50,681 nt of DNA from an uncultured Eubacteriales bacterium. Lineage in GTDB: Bacteria > Acidobacteriota > Aminicenantia > Aminicenantales > UBA8522. The DNA is taken from contig CAYOZW010000002.1 in assembly GCA_964408495.1 (NCBI GenBank), forward strand, positions 388 through 51,068, given 5' to 3'. Under the pieces are notes generated by a model. That model was not told where the DNA came from and made no database searches. It saw only the letters and a list, made by a program, of their open reading frames with translations. How positions within the stretch are numbered: position 1 is the first letter of the stretch; each line of letters opens with the position of its first letter. Below, piece by piece: positions 1 to 8,409 of this stretch. Made by a program: the position numbers and the translations under genes.

Positions 1-1248
1 CGGCGTGAATTCATCAAGCGGACCGCTGTTGCGTCCGCCGCCCTGACCATCATCCCCCGTCGTCTCCTCGGCGGCCGGGGCTATATCCCGCCGAGCGACG
101 AACTGACCAAGGCCGTGATCGGCGTCGGCGGGATGGGCAGGGAGCATCTCAAATATCCTGGTTCGCGGCTCCTCGCAGTCTGCGATGTCGATGCCGATCA
201 CCTCCGGGCCTGTCTCGACATCTCCGGCCCCGGCGTCAAGGGCTACTCCGATTTCCGCGAGGTCCTGGATAGGCCGGACATCGACATCGTCCACATCGTT
301 ACCCCTCCCCACTGGCACGCCCTGATCTCCATCGCGGCCGCAGAGGCCGGCAAGGACATCTGGTGCGAAAAACCGATGACGCGGACAATCGGCGAGGGCC
401 TCCGGGTCGTCGACGCCGTCGAGCGGAATGGCCGCGTCTTCCGGGTTAACACTTGGTTCCGGTTTCGCGAGATATTTTACGGACTAGGCACGCCGGCAAA
501 GCCGGTCAAGAAAGCGGTCAGCCACGGCCTTCTCGGCTGGCCTTTGAAGGTGACAGTCAGCGGGGTCACCGGATTCGACTGGAAATTCTACTGGAGCGGC
601 AGGACCTACCTCGAGCCGCAGACCGTCCCCCCCGAGCTCGATTACGACTTCTGGCTCGGCCCGGCTCCCTTCAAGCCTTACCACCTCCACCGTGTCCACC
701 AAAGCTTCCGCGGCTACTGGGATTACGACGGCGGAGGCCTGGGAGACATGGGAATGCACTACCTCGATCCCGTGCAATATATTCTCGACAAAGACGACAC
801 CAGCCCTGTCGAGGTCGAGGCCGACGGCCCCCAGCAGCATCCGGACGCCTGTCTTTCCTGGCGGAGGATCAGGCTCCGCTATGCCGACGGCTGCGAAATT
901 ATCCTTGACGGGGAAAACCGCGATATCGGAGCCGCGTTCATCGAAGGCCCGGAAGGAAAGATCTTCAAGAATCTCGAGTCCGACATCCCTCATCTCCGGG
1001 ACAAAGTGGCTCTGCTTCCGGACCCGCCGCCGGAGTCGGAGGATTTTTCCGAGGCGGTCCGGCTCCGCCGTAAGTTCGCCCTCAACGAGGGCAACGCCCA
1101 CCGCAGCTGCACTTTGGTCAATCTGGCTAAAATCGCCGTGCGTCTGGGGCGGGGGCTCCGCTTCGACCCCGTTGGCCAGCGCTTTATCGGCGACGAGGAA
1201 GCCGACCGGCTCGCCGACGAGCCGATGCGGGCCCCGTGGCACGTTTAA
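1..1248 (+). CDS. Gfo/Idh/MocA-family oxidoreductase with Tat signal, 5'-partial (runs off window start)
   Basis: The frame of track ORF 115..1248 stays open back to nt 1. It reads RREFIKRTAVASAALTIIP, a twin-arginine RRxFxK signal. VIGVGGMG is the Rossmann start and WCEKPM is the family motif. Stop is TAA 1246-1248. Confidence 0.9.
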   Translation, partial: RREFIKRTAVASAALTIIPRRLLGGRGYIPPSDELTKAVIGVGGMGREHLKYPGSRLLAVCDVDADHLRACLDISGPGVKGYSDFREVLDRPDIDIVHIVTPPHWHALISIAAAEAGKDIWCEKPMTRTIGEGLRVVDAVERNGRVFRVNTWFRFREIFYGLGTPAKPVKKAVSHGLLGWPLKVTVSGVTGFDWKFYWSGRTYLEPQTVPPELDYDFWLGPAPFKPYHLHRVHQSFRGYWDYDGGGLGDMGMHYLDPVQYILDKDDTSPVEVEADGPQQHPDACLSWRRIRLRYADGCEIILDGENRDIGAAFIEGPEGKIFKNLESDIPHLRDKVALLPDPPPESEDFSEAVRLRRKFALNEGNAHRSCTLVNLAKIAVRLGRGLRFDPVGQRFIGDEEADRLADEPMRAPWHV

Positions 1249-1263
1249 TCAGTAGAGAGGATC

Positions 1264-1440
1264 ATGGAGCCTCTGACAGAACAACAGCGCGCCTTTTTGA
1301 AAAAGAGAATGGAACTGGGCCTTCTGGCCATTTTGATCCTTTTCGCCTTCCTGGCTTTGGCCAATGAAAAAAAACATATGGCCATTATCCAAGCCCTCGA
1401 GCGGAATAATCCGGCTCGGCGATCGGATCGAAAAAATTGA
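1264..1440 (+). CDS. 58-aa single-pass membrane micro-protein (below the ORF-track cutoff)
   Basis: ATG 1264 is preceded by GAGAGGA at SD distance. Translation is MEPLTEQQRAFLKKRMELGLLAILILFAFLALANEKKHMAIIQALERNNPARRSDRKN, with one hydrophobic helix. Its TGA (1438-1440) overlaps the TTG start (1437) of the next gene as TTGA, a translational-coupling geometry. It fills the gap between two co-directional genes. Confidence 0.45.
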   Translation: MEPLTEQQRAFLKKRMELGLLAILILFAFLALANEKKHMAIIQALERNNPARRSDRKN

Positions 1441-4208
1441 GAAAAAAAGCCTTCCTTCTTCCGCTGCTCCTCATCTTGCTCCTATGCCCGTCCTCATCCG
1501 CCCCACAAGCTTCCAGGATTCAAGACCGAATATCAGAGCTCCTGATCCAATTTCCGGCATCCGATGCCGCGGAGAAAGAATCCCTGGCCGCCGAGATCTT
1601 CGCCCTGGAAGAAGCGGGAATCGAGGAGATCTGCCGGAGGTTGTCCTCCGCCGGGAAAGCCGACGACAGTCTGGCCCGCTTCGCCTTGGAAGCGGCGGGC
1701 ACTCATGCTATGAGGCCGGCCGCGGCAGATCAAAGGAGCCATTTCGCTCGAGCCATTATCAAGGCCTTGAGAGGTACCGACGACCCCGGCATCCAGGCCT
1801 TCCTCATTGCCCGGCTGCAACAGGCCGGGGGTCAGGATTCGGTCGAACCTTTGAGCCGCTATCTCGATGATCCGAAACTGGGGGGACCGGCCACGCGAGC
1901 CCTCCTCGCCATCAGGGCTCCAGACACAGAAGAGGCTTTTATCAAGGCGCTCGGCCGCTCCAGAGGACAAAATACGGCCATTCTCATCGAGGCTCTTGGT
2001 GAGCTGCGGAGCCAAAGAGCGGTCGGCCGGATCATCACTTTTGCCTCGAGCGAAGACCGGAGCGTCCGGGAGGCCAGCCTCTTCTCCCTGGCCAATATCG
2101 GCGACCCCCGGACGGAATTCGCCCTGAGCCGGATTGATATCGCCTCTTCGCCCCTCGAGAGGGCCGAGGCAGCGGCGCGCTATCTTCTTTTTGCCCAGAG
2201 GCTGGCTGAGTCGGGCCGGAAGACAGATGCTCTTCGTATCACCCGCCGTCTTCTTGAGAAAAACAGCGGAGCCGGCGAAACGCAGATTCGGAGCGCAGCT
2301 CTGACTCTCCTGGCCCAAATCCTCGGAGCGGACGTCCTTCCCGAACTCGTCCGGGCGATGGAATCGCCCGACCCGGCATTCCGCGGGCGGGCCCTCGAAA
2401 TCGCCCTCGAAATGCCGGGAGAAGCGACGACAGCGCAGTTTGTCGCTAAAGCTGCGGAGGTCGGTCCCGGCGCCCGGGCCCAGATCATCGGGATGCTGGG
2501 CCGGAAAAAAGATCGGACAACCCTCCCTTTCATCGAGAGCCAGCTGGGAAATGCTGATCGATCCGTCCGGACTGCGGCTATAGACGCCGTTGCTCGTCTT
2601 GGGGGAAGCGAGAAGGCGGATGCCCTTTTCCCTCTCTGGCAATCGGCGGGTGAGGAAGAGGCCGAAGCGTTACGGATGGCCTTCCTGGGTTTCCCGGCGG
2701 AGAAGGCTATCGCCGAGGTCGTCAGGGCGTTTGACGGTTCTTCGCCCCCGGCCAAAGCGGCCATCATAGAGATCCTCGGGGAGCGCCGGGCCAGGGATCA
2801 GGCCGGGATCGTCCTGGCCGCGGCGGAGAATCAGGACGCGATCATCCGGAAAAAAGCGCTGACCGCCCTCGAATCCGTGGTCCGAGAGCAGGACCTCCCG
2901 CAGACGATCCGACTTCTCCAGGGGGCCGCCGACCCCGCCGAGATCATCTCCTTTCAGAACGCGCTCGTTGCTTCCGCCGGGGCGACCGCCGACCCCGAAA
3001 AAAACGTCGATTCCATTATCGATGCCATGCTCGAAGCCAAAGGGCAGCAGCGCATCGCTCTGTTGCGTCCGCTCGGGAGGATCGGCGGTGAGAAGGCCCT
3101 CCGGGCTGTTGTCGCCGAAACCAAGAACGCCGATCCGCAAGTTCAGGCCGTGGCGGTTTACACGCTGGCCAATTGGCCGGAGTTCCGGGCCGCTGCGGCG
3201 CTCTTCGAGATCGCCAATGCCGCAAGTTCGTCACCCGGGCGCAAGTTCGTCTATCTGGCGCTTCAGGGATACGTGAGACTCGTGGCCGAATCCACTGAGC
3301 CGACAGAGAAAAAATTGGAACTCATCGAGGAAGCCTTGGAGATCGCCCGGGAGCACGCGGAGAAAAATATCGTCTTGGAAGGGCTGGGAAAGATCAGGTC
3401 TTTGGAAGCGCTCTCGATGATCGAGCGCTTCCTCGACGACCCGGATTTCCAGGAGAAGGCGGCTCGGGCGGCGATCATGTGCGCCCTACCCGCGCCAAGA
3501 TACAACGGGATTCCAGGATTCGAGGCCGCCCGGATCTTGAAAAAGGCCGCCCTCTCTATCCCCAGCGAATACGACCGGAGGCAGGTGGAAGAGTACGCCC
3601 ATGTTCTTTTCCTCCAAGAAGGGTTCGTCCCGCTTTTCAACGGTAAAGACCTCAGCGGTTGGAAAGGCCTGGTCAAGGACCCTCCCGCCAGGGAGAAGAT
3701 GACACCAAAAGAGCTGGAAAAAGAGCAGAAGGCGGCCGACGAGGACATGCGCCGGCATTGGCGGGTCGTTGACGGGACGCTCGCCTTCGACGGCCAAGGG
3801 CAGAGCCTCTGCACAGCCAGGGATTATGCCGGCTTCGAGCTCTTCGTTGACTGGAAAATCGAGACCGGGGGGGACAGCGGGATTTACCTTCACGGCTCCC
3901 CTCAGGTTCAGATCTGGGACCCGGTTCAGTGGCCCGAAGGGTCGGGCGGGCTCTACAACAATAAGGCCGGACCATCCAAGCCGCTTTGCCCGGCCGATCG
4001 TCCTGTCGGGGAATGGAACACCTTCTTTATCCGGATGGAGGGAGAGCGGGTGACCGTTTATCTCAACGGCATCCTGGTGGTCGACGATGTCGTCATGGAG
4101 AACTACTGGGAGAGGGACAAGCCGATCTATCCGGCGGGCCAGATCGAGCTCCAGGCCCACAGCACTCCACTCTATTTCAAGAACATCTTTATCCGCGAAA
4201 TCAAATAG
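1437..4208 (+). CDS. Exported HEAT-repeat protein with C-terminal DUF1080 (3-keto-disaccharide-hydrolase-type) domain
   Basis: TTG 1437 gives the signal peptide MRKKAFLLPLLLILLLCPSSSA. About 700 aa of HEAT/PBS-lyase-like repeats follow (ALGELRSQRAVGRII..DRSVREASL.., DRSVRTAAIDAVARLGG..). The C-terminal ~195 aa (3621..4205) read LFNGKDLSGWKG..WRVVDGTL..GDSGIYLHG..IELQAHSTPLYFKNIFIREI, typical of DUF1080. Confidence 0.85.
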   Translation: MRKKAFLLPLLLILLLCPSSSAPQASRIQDRISELLIQFPASDAAEKESLAAEIFALEEAGIEEICRRLSSAGKADDSLARFALEAAGTHAMRPAAADQRSHFARAIIKALRGTDDPGIQAFLIARLQQAGGQDSVEPLSRYLDDPKLGGPATRALLAIRAPDTEEAFIKALGRSRGQNTAILIEALGELRSQRAVGRIITFASSEDRSVREASLFSLANIGDPRTEFALSRIDIASSPLERAEAAARYLLFAQRLAESGRKTDALRITRRLLEKNSGAGETQIRSAALTLLAQILGADVLPELVRAMESPDPAFRGRALEIALEMPGEATTAQFVAKAAEVGPGARAQIIGMLGRKKDRTTLPFIESQLGNADRSVRTAAIDAVARLGGSEKADALFPLWQSAGEEEAEALRMAFLGFPAEKAIAEVVRAFDGSSPPAKAAIIEILGERRARDQAGIVLAAAENQDAIIRKKALTALESVVREQDLPQTIRLLQGAADPAEIISFQNALVASAGATADPEKNVDSIIDAMLEAKGQQRIALLRPLGRIGGEKALRAVVAETKNADPQVQAVAVYTLANWPEFRAAAALFEIANAASSSPGRKFVYLALQGYVRLVAESTEPTEKKLELIEEALEIAREHAEKNIVLEGLGKIRSLEALSMIERFLDDPDFQEKAARAAIMCALPAPRYNGIPGFEAARILKKAALSIPSEYDRRQVEEYAHVLFLQEGFVPLFNGKDLSGWKGLVKDPPAREKMTPKELEKEQKAADEDMRRHWRVVDGTLAFDGQGQSLCTARDYAGFELFVDWKIETGGDSGIYLHGSPQVQIWDPVQWPEGSGGLYNNKAGPSKPLCPADRPVGEWNTFFIRMEGERVTVYLNGILVVDDVVMENYWERDKPIYPAGQIELQAHSTPLYFKNIFIREIK

Positions 4209-4243
4209 GAAGCAGCCCGGCCGGGCCTTGCTTTCCGGCGGAA

Positions 4244-4966
4244 CTGCTTTTTCTGGCCGTATTATCATGCTTCGGTTTGTTCGCAGATAGTGCGGCCGAC
4301 ATCCAGGTCCCGCAGTCGCCCAAGCGCTGGGTGACAGATACCGCAGGTTTCCTCGCCCCGGAGACCGTCCGCGCGCTCGACCGGAAACTGGAAGCTTATG
4401 AAAAACAGACCGGCCATCAGGTCATTGTCTACATCGGAAAGACCACCGGCGGATATCCCATCGAGGAGTTTGCCGATAAGGCTTTCCAATCCTGGGCGGT
4501 CGGCCGCAAGGGATTAGATGACGGTGTTGCCCTTTTCATCATGGCCGAGGACCAGAAGGTTCGTCTCGAAGTCGGCTACGGCCTGGAGGGCCTCATCCCG
4601 GATATTATCGCCGGCCGCATCATCAACGATGTCCTCATCCCTAAGATCGGGGCGGGCGATGCGGATGGCGCGGTAGACGATTCGGTTGCCGCTATTATCC
4701 AAGCGATTTCAGGAGAGGCGGTTCCCCCCGGTCAAGAACCCAAAGAACCCGGAGTCCGAAAAACGGACAAAAGCCTCGGCCAGACCATCCTCATCGTCAT
4801 CGGGGTCATCGTCCTGCTGGTCCTCTTTATCACCAACCCGTCTTTGGCCGTTTGGCTGCTTATTAGTTTCATGAGCGGAGGCGGCCGCGGCCGGGGGTTC
4901 GGAGGCGGCGGTTTCAGTGGAGGAGGCGGCCGGTCCGGCGGCGGCGGCGCCTCGGGCGGCTGGTAG
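4244..4966 (+). CDS. TPM-domain membrane protein (YgcG-like); 5' end uncertain
   Basis: The TPM domain reads RWVTDTAGFL..HQVIVYI..GVALFIMAEDQKVRLEVGYGLEG. It is followed by a TM helix (TILIVIGVIVLLVLFI) and a Gly-rich tail GGGRGRGFGGGGFSGGGG. ATG 3986 would overlap the upstream gene by 223 nt. After that gene's stop the frame offers only CTG 4244/4253 and TTG 4277. Confidence 0.75.
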   Translation: MLFLAVLSCFGLFADSAADIQVPQSPKRWVTDTAGFLAPETVRALDRKLEAYEKQTGHQVIVYIGKTTGGYPIEEFADKAFQSWAVGRKGLDDGVALFIMAEDQKVRLEVGYGLEGLIPDIIAGRIINDVLIPKIGAGDADGAVDDSVAAIIQAISGEAVPPGQEPKEPGVRKTDKSLGQTILIVIGVIVLLVLFITNPSLAVWLLISFMSGGGRGRGFGGGGFSGGGGRSGGGGASGGW

Positions 4967-4978
4967 GGAGAAAGTTTT

Positions 4979-5431
4979 ATGACCATCATGTCTCGCCGCA
5001 GGCTTCTCAAGCAATTTGATGTCGAAAAAATCCGCGGGGCGATCTCCGCCGCGGAGAAAAAGACGTCGGGGGAGATCCGCGTGTCCGTGGCGCCGTTTTT
5101 CTGGGGACGGGTCCGCCCGGTCGCCGAGCGCGCCTTCCGGCGACTCGGGATGACGAACACCAAAGAACGAAACGGCATCCTTTTCTTCATCGTCCCGGCC
5201 CGGAAGCGTTTCGTCGTCCTGGGAGATGAAGGTATCCATGCCAAGGTCGGCCAGGAATTCTGGGACAAAATCGCCGAGGCCATCGCCGAACGGTTTCGTA
5301 AAGGCGACTTCAGCACAGGCCTCGTCAGCGGCATCGAAGCGGCAGCTGAGGGCCTGGCTTCTCATTTCCCCTACGATGCCGCTAGCGATATCAACGAACT
5401 CCCCGACGACATCGATTTCGGCAAAACCTAG
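4979..5431 (+). CDS. TPM-domain protein (soluble paralogue type)
   Basis: ATG follows GGGAGAAAG. EKKTSGEIRVSV..ERNGILFFIVPARKRFVVLGDEGIH..FW..IA..F..G is the TPM (TLP18.3/Psb32/MOLO-1) pattern. It lies 12 nt after the preceding TPM gene. Confidence 0.85.
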   Translation: MTIMSRRRLLKQFDVEKIRGAISAAEKKTSGEIRVSVAPFFWGRVRPVAERAFRRLGMTNTKERNGILFFIVPARKRFVVLGDEGIHAKVGQEFWDKIAEAIAERFRKGDFSTGLVSGIEAAAEGLASHFPYDAASDINELPDDIDFGKT

Positions 5432-5465
5432 AGAAGCACCGCGCCTCTCCTCGACATTCTATTCC

Positions 5466-5495
5466 TTGACATGCTTCTACCTCCCAGGGTATGTT
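5466..5495 (+). promoter_or_regulatory. Sigma70-like promoter candidate (TTGACA-N18-TATGTT) for 5593..6801
   Basis: TTGACA at 5466-5471 and TATGTT at 5490-5495. This implies a leader of about 95 nt ending in a strong SD (AGGAGG 5583-5588). Confidence 0.4.
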
Positions 5496-5592
5496 TTCCA
5501 GCAGAGAGGGAAGCCGGAATGCACATGCCGAAGAGGTCTAACAAGTGGTCCATTCCATGAAACCTGAGGACGCCATTTCTTAAGGAGGGAAT

Positions 5593-6801
5593 ATGGCCAA
5601 AGCACATAACATCACTCTGCTCGGAGCCGGGCTCATCGGAACGTTCTACACGATGACCATCCAGGGCCAGCGGAGCCGCGACCGCATCGGCGCCATCTGC
5701 GCCCTGACCGAGGACGAAGCCCGAGCCTTCGCCCGCAGGTGGGGAATCCCCAAATGGACGGCCAGCATGGCCAAGGCTGTGAACGACCCGGACTCCGACA
5801 TTGTCATCATCGGCCTACCCAACTATCTCCATAAAAAGGCCGTGACCCTGGCGGCCAGGGCCGGGAAAGCGGTCCTCTGCACCAAGCCGCTGGCCCGCAG
5901 CGCTCGCGAAGCCATGGAGATCATGGAGATTGTGGACAAGGCCGGTGTCTTCGCCGGCTATCTTGAGGACCTGGTCTATACGCCGAAAACTCTGAAGTCC
6001 ATCGCGTCGGTCAAACGGGGAGCGCTCGGCAAAGTCCTCTGGGTCCGGTCGCGGGAGACCCATTCCGGGCCGCACAGCGCCTGGTTCTGGGACAAGAAGC
6101 TGGCCGGCGGCGGGGCCATCGTCGACCTGGCCTGCCACTGCATCGAGATCATCCGGAGCTTCATCGGCAAGAAGGTCAGGCCGGTCGAGGTGATGTGCTT
6201 GGCCGACACGATCGTCCACCCCATAGCCGCCGAGGACTCCGCCATCGCCCTCATCCGGTTCGAGGACCGGGCCGTCGGCCAATTCGAGGTGAGCTGGGCC
6301 TTCCGCGGCGGCATGGACCTCCGCGATGAGGTGGCCGGAACGGAAGGCACCATCTGGCTTAATCACTTCTTGAGAACCGGCTACGAGATGTTCACGGCGG
6401 GCGGGGGGAAGGGTTATGTCGCCGAGAAGGCCGAGAGCGAGACCGGGTGGCTCTTCCCGGTCGGAGACGAAGTTCACGAGCTGGGCTATACCAACATGTT
6501 CAGCGATATGTTCGATGCCATCGACGCCGGCCGCGAGCCGACGGAAACATTCCTCGACGGCTACATCGTCAACGCCGTCATGGATGCCTGCTACCGGTCG
6601 GCCAGGACACGCCGCTGGGAGCCGGTCAGGCTCGAGCGGTGGTACAAGGGAGCAAAAAAGGCCAAAGCCGGGCCGGCCAAAAAGAGGGCCAAGGCGAGGT
6701 ATTCGCTGATTAAAGAAGAGCGGATGCCCGACGGGACGATCAAGCGGCTCCTTCAGGACTGGAAAACGGGCCGCGTCATCCAGAAGGTCAAGGGGAGGTA
6801 G
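5593..6801 (+). CDS. Gfo/Idh/MocA-family oxidoreductase, cytoplasmic, with Lys/Ala-rich C-terminal tail
   Basis: [10 protein letters not shown] is the Rossmann start and CTKPLA the family motif. There is no signal peptide. SD AGGAGG lies 5 nt upstream. The last ~55 aa read [25 protein letters not shown]... Confidence 0.9.
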   Translation: MAKAHNITLLGAGLIGTFYTMTIQGQRSRDRIGAICALTEDEARAFARRWGIPKWTASMAKAVNDPDSDIVIIGLPNYLHKKAVTLAARAGKAVLCTKPLARSAREAMEIMEIVDKAGVFAGYLEDLVYTPKTLKSIASVKRGALGKVLWVRSRETHSGPHSAWFWDKKLAGGGAIVDLACHCIEIIRSFIGKKVRPVEVMCLADTIVHPIAAEDSAIALIRFEDRAVGQFEVSWAFRGGMDLRDEVAGTEGTIWLNHFLRTGYEMFTAGGGKGYVAEKAESETGWLFPVGDEVHELGYTNMFSDMFDAIDAGREPTETFLDGYIVNAVMDACYRSARTRRWEPVRLERWYKGAKKAKAGPAKKRAKARYSLIKEERMPDGTIKRLLQDWKTGRVIQKVKGR

Positions 6802-6816
6802 CCGTTCAGTCGGCGG

Positions 6817-8193
6817 CTATTCATCGTCCAGACGAAATTCGTAGATGGGATTGTAGCTATAGTCGAGGGAGAGGAGAATTCTTTTGTTGGCCATATCGTA
6901 GACCGCCGACCACTCTGTCCAAATATTGGCTATCTCTGAAAGCAGCGACATGGAATCATTCGCATTGAGAATCCCGTTATGAAGAAGGAGCCTCGAGTAG
7001 ACCTGGTCGTACCTCCAGCAGCCGCTCATCAGCATATCCATGGGGACGTTATAAACAGGGATGTTGGTCATCACCTGCCAAAGCCCGGTGTTCTCTATGA
7101 CCTTCATTTCACCATCGGCCGGCTCAAGGATAATGGAACGTCCGCTGGAGTCAGCGACGATTGCATGGACGTCCAAGGTCGAGCGGCTGGGAGGCCCTGA
7201 GTTGGCTATGTTGCAGTGGCTCGTGATCTCTGCGGCTTCGTCAACCGTCTTCGCATAGTCCAGGACTTTCCTCACCCATTGGGTGCAAGATATCAGTCCT
7301 TTGTTCGGGTCGGGAGTGTAGCTCTGCGGCGTGACGTTGGCCAGCCCCATGACCAGGCCATGTTCGTTGATCCCATCCGGGCAGTAATCGATGGTCCGGA
7401 CCAACTGTCTTTTTTGAACAAAGGGGAGCTCATCAAAATCCGTCGTCAGGCCGAACCCGATATCACGCAGCCGGACCGGCGTCAATGACGCGTAGCCGAA
7501 ACTGGGATCGGACCAGGTCATAAGAGTAAGGCATCTCCATCCCGACGGATTGTCGAAATTCCTGCCCAACAAATAGCTGGAGGGGTCGCCGAATACCGAG
7601 AAGAGCGAACAATGGAGCGGGTCTGATGGGAATGGCGGCTGGCGACTCGCCGAGCTCAACGATGAACGTTGACCCGCCAGATCGTTGGAGTAATCGCCAT
7701 AAAACCTCATTGAATACAGGTTGCCTTCGACCCTGCGCAGGCTGGCGATCGTCCGGGTGGTGTGGAGGCCGACTGGACTCTCCCCAGTCGCATAGATGTA
7801 GCCGCACGGCGCATGATAGGCTTCATCAGATATTCGCACTTCGATACCGTTGTAACCGGACCCGATGATCCAATGGACTGACGCCTGTCCATCCGAATCG
7901 GATATCGCTGAAGAGCCATCTGGAATGGCTCCGCCGCCTTCAACAACATTGAATTCTATGGCGACGCCGGGGATAGGATTCTCGTCCAGGTCGGTGACTC
8001 TGACGATAATGGGTTCATCCAGGGCGAGTCCGCCGTTCCCGGATTGGTTATTGCCGGAAACGACGGAAATCGCCGCTGCCGCTGGCTCGACAGGGCCCAG
8101 CGGGTTCTGAGGATTGTTGTCGGGCTTTGCGGAGCAGCATATGAAGGAAAAAATTGGGAACAGTAAGAAAGCAATCCGAATGGGCTTGCTCAT
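6817..8193 (-). CDS. Exported (possibly lipoprotein) Ig-like domain + Ntn-hydrolase (C45/linear-amide hydrolase-like) protein
   Basis: Signal is MSKPIRIAFLLFPIFSFICCSA. The Ig-like module reads VSGNNQSGNGG..PIIVRVTDLDENPIPGVAIEFNVV..SDSDGQASVHW. The candidate nucleophile Cys is in PLH-CSLFSV (TGT at 7609-7611), followed by LLGRNFDNPSGW and GINEHGLVMGLANV motifs typical of C45/C59 Ntn hydrolases. Confidence 0.75.
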   Translation of the reverse strand: MSKPIRIAFLLFPIFSFICCSAKPDNNPQNPLGPVEPAAAAISVVSGNNQSGNGGLALDEPIIVRVTDLDENPIPGVAIEFNVVEGGGAIPDGSSAISDSDGQASVHWIIGSGYNGIEVRISDEAYHAPCGYIYATGESPVGLHTTRTIASLRRVEGNLYSMRFYGDYSNDLAGQRSSLSSASRQPPFPSDPLHCSLFSVFGDPSSYLLGRNFDNPSGWRCLTLMTWSDPSFGYASLTPVRLRDIGFGLTTDFDELPFVQKRQLVRTIDYCPDGINEHGLVMGLANVTPQSYTPDPNKGLISCTQWVRKVLDYAKTVDEAAEITSHCNIANSGPPSRSTLDVHAIVADSSGRSIILEPADGEMKVIENTGLWQVMTNIPVYNVPMDMLMSGCWRYDQVYSRLLLHNGILNANDSMSLLSEIANIWTEWSAVYDMANKRILLSLDYSYNPIYEFRLDDE

Positions 8194-8229
8194 GGCTTGA
8201 TTGTACCCTCTGAGATAAATCTACGGGCT

Positions 8230-8268
8230 CCACCCGGGATAGTTTATTCCGGCCCCATCCCCGGGTGG
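8230..8268. repeat. 9-bp perfect inverted repeat (CCACCCGGG N21 CCCGGGTGG) in a divergent intergenic region
   Basis: Read directly. The arms are 8230-8238 and 8260-8268, between the starts of 6817..8193 (-) and 8410..9684 (+). Confidence 0.3.
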
Positions 8269-8409
8269 CACAAAAACCCCGGGGAGAAGCCGCGCGTTGC
8301 CCTTGAAGGCGAAAATGAATACCATTGGACTCAGACCCGGGTCCAGCATGGTTGAAGATTCACTCGCTCGAGAACCGAATATTCATTTTTCCTGGAAAAA
8401 GGAGGGACC

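Noticed and set aside
3986-4243. ATG 3986 as the start of the TPM membrane-protein gene
   Set aside because: It would overlap the HEAT-DUF1080 gene by 223 nt. It would also add an Arg/Gly-rich, non-signal-like N-terminus. The TPM homology begins only after 4290.
5496-5592. Possible riboswitch in the ~95-nt leader of oxidoreductase 5593-6801, and in the leader of aldolase 25648
   Set aside because: I could not recognise the conserved core of any riboswitch class or a convincing multi-stem structure by eye. A covariance-model scan is needed before any claim.
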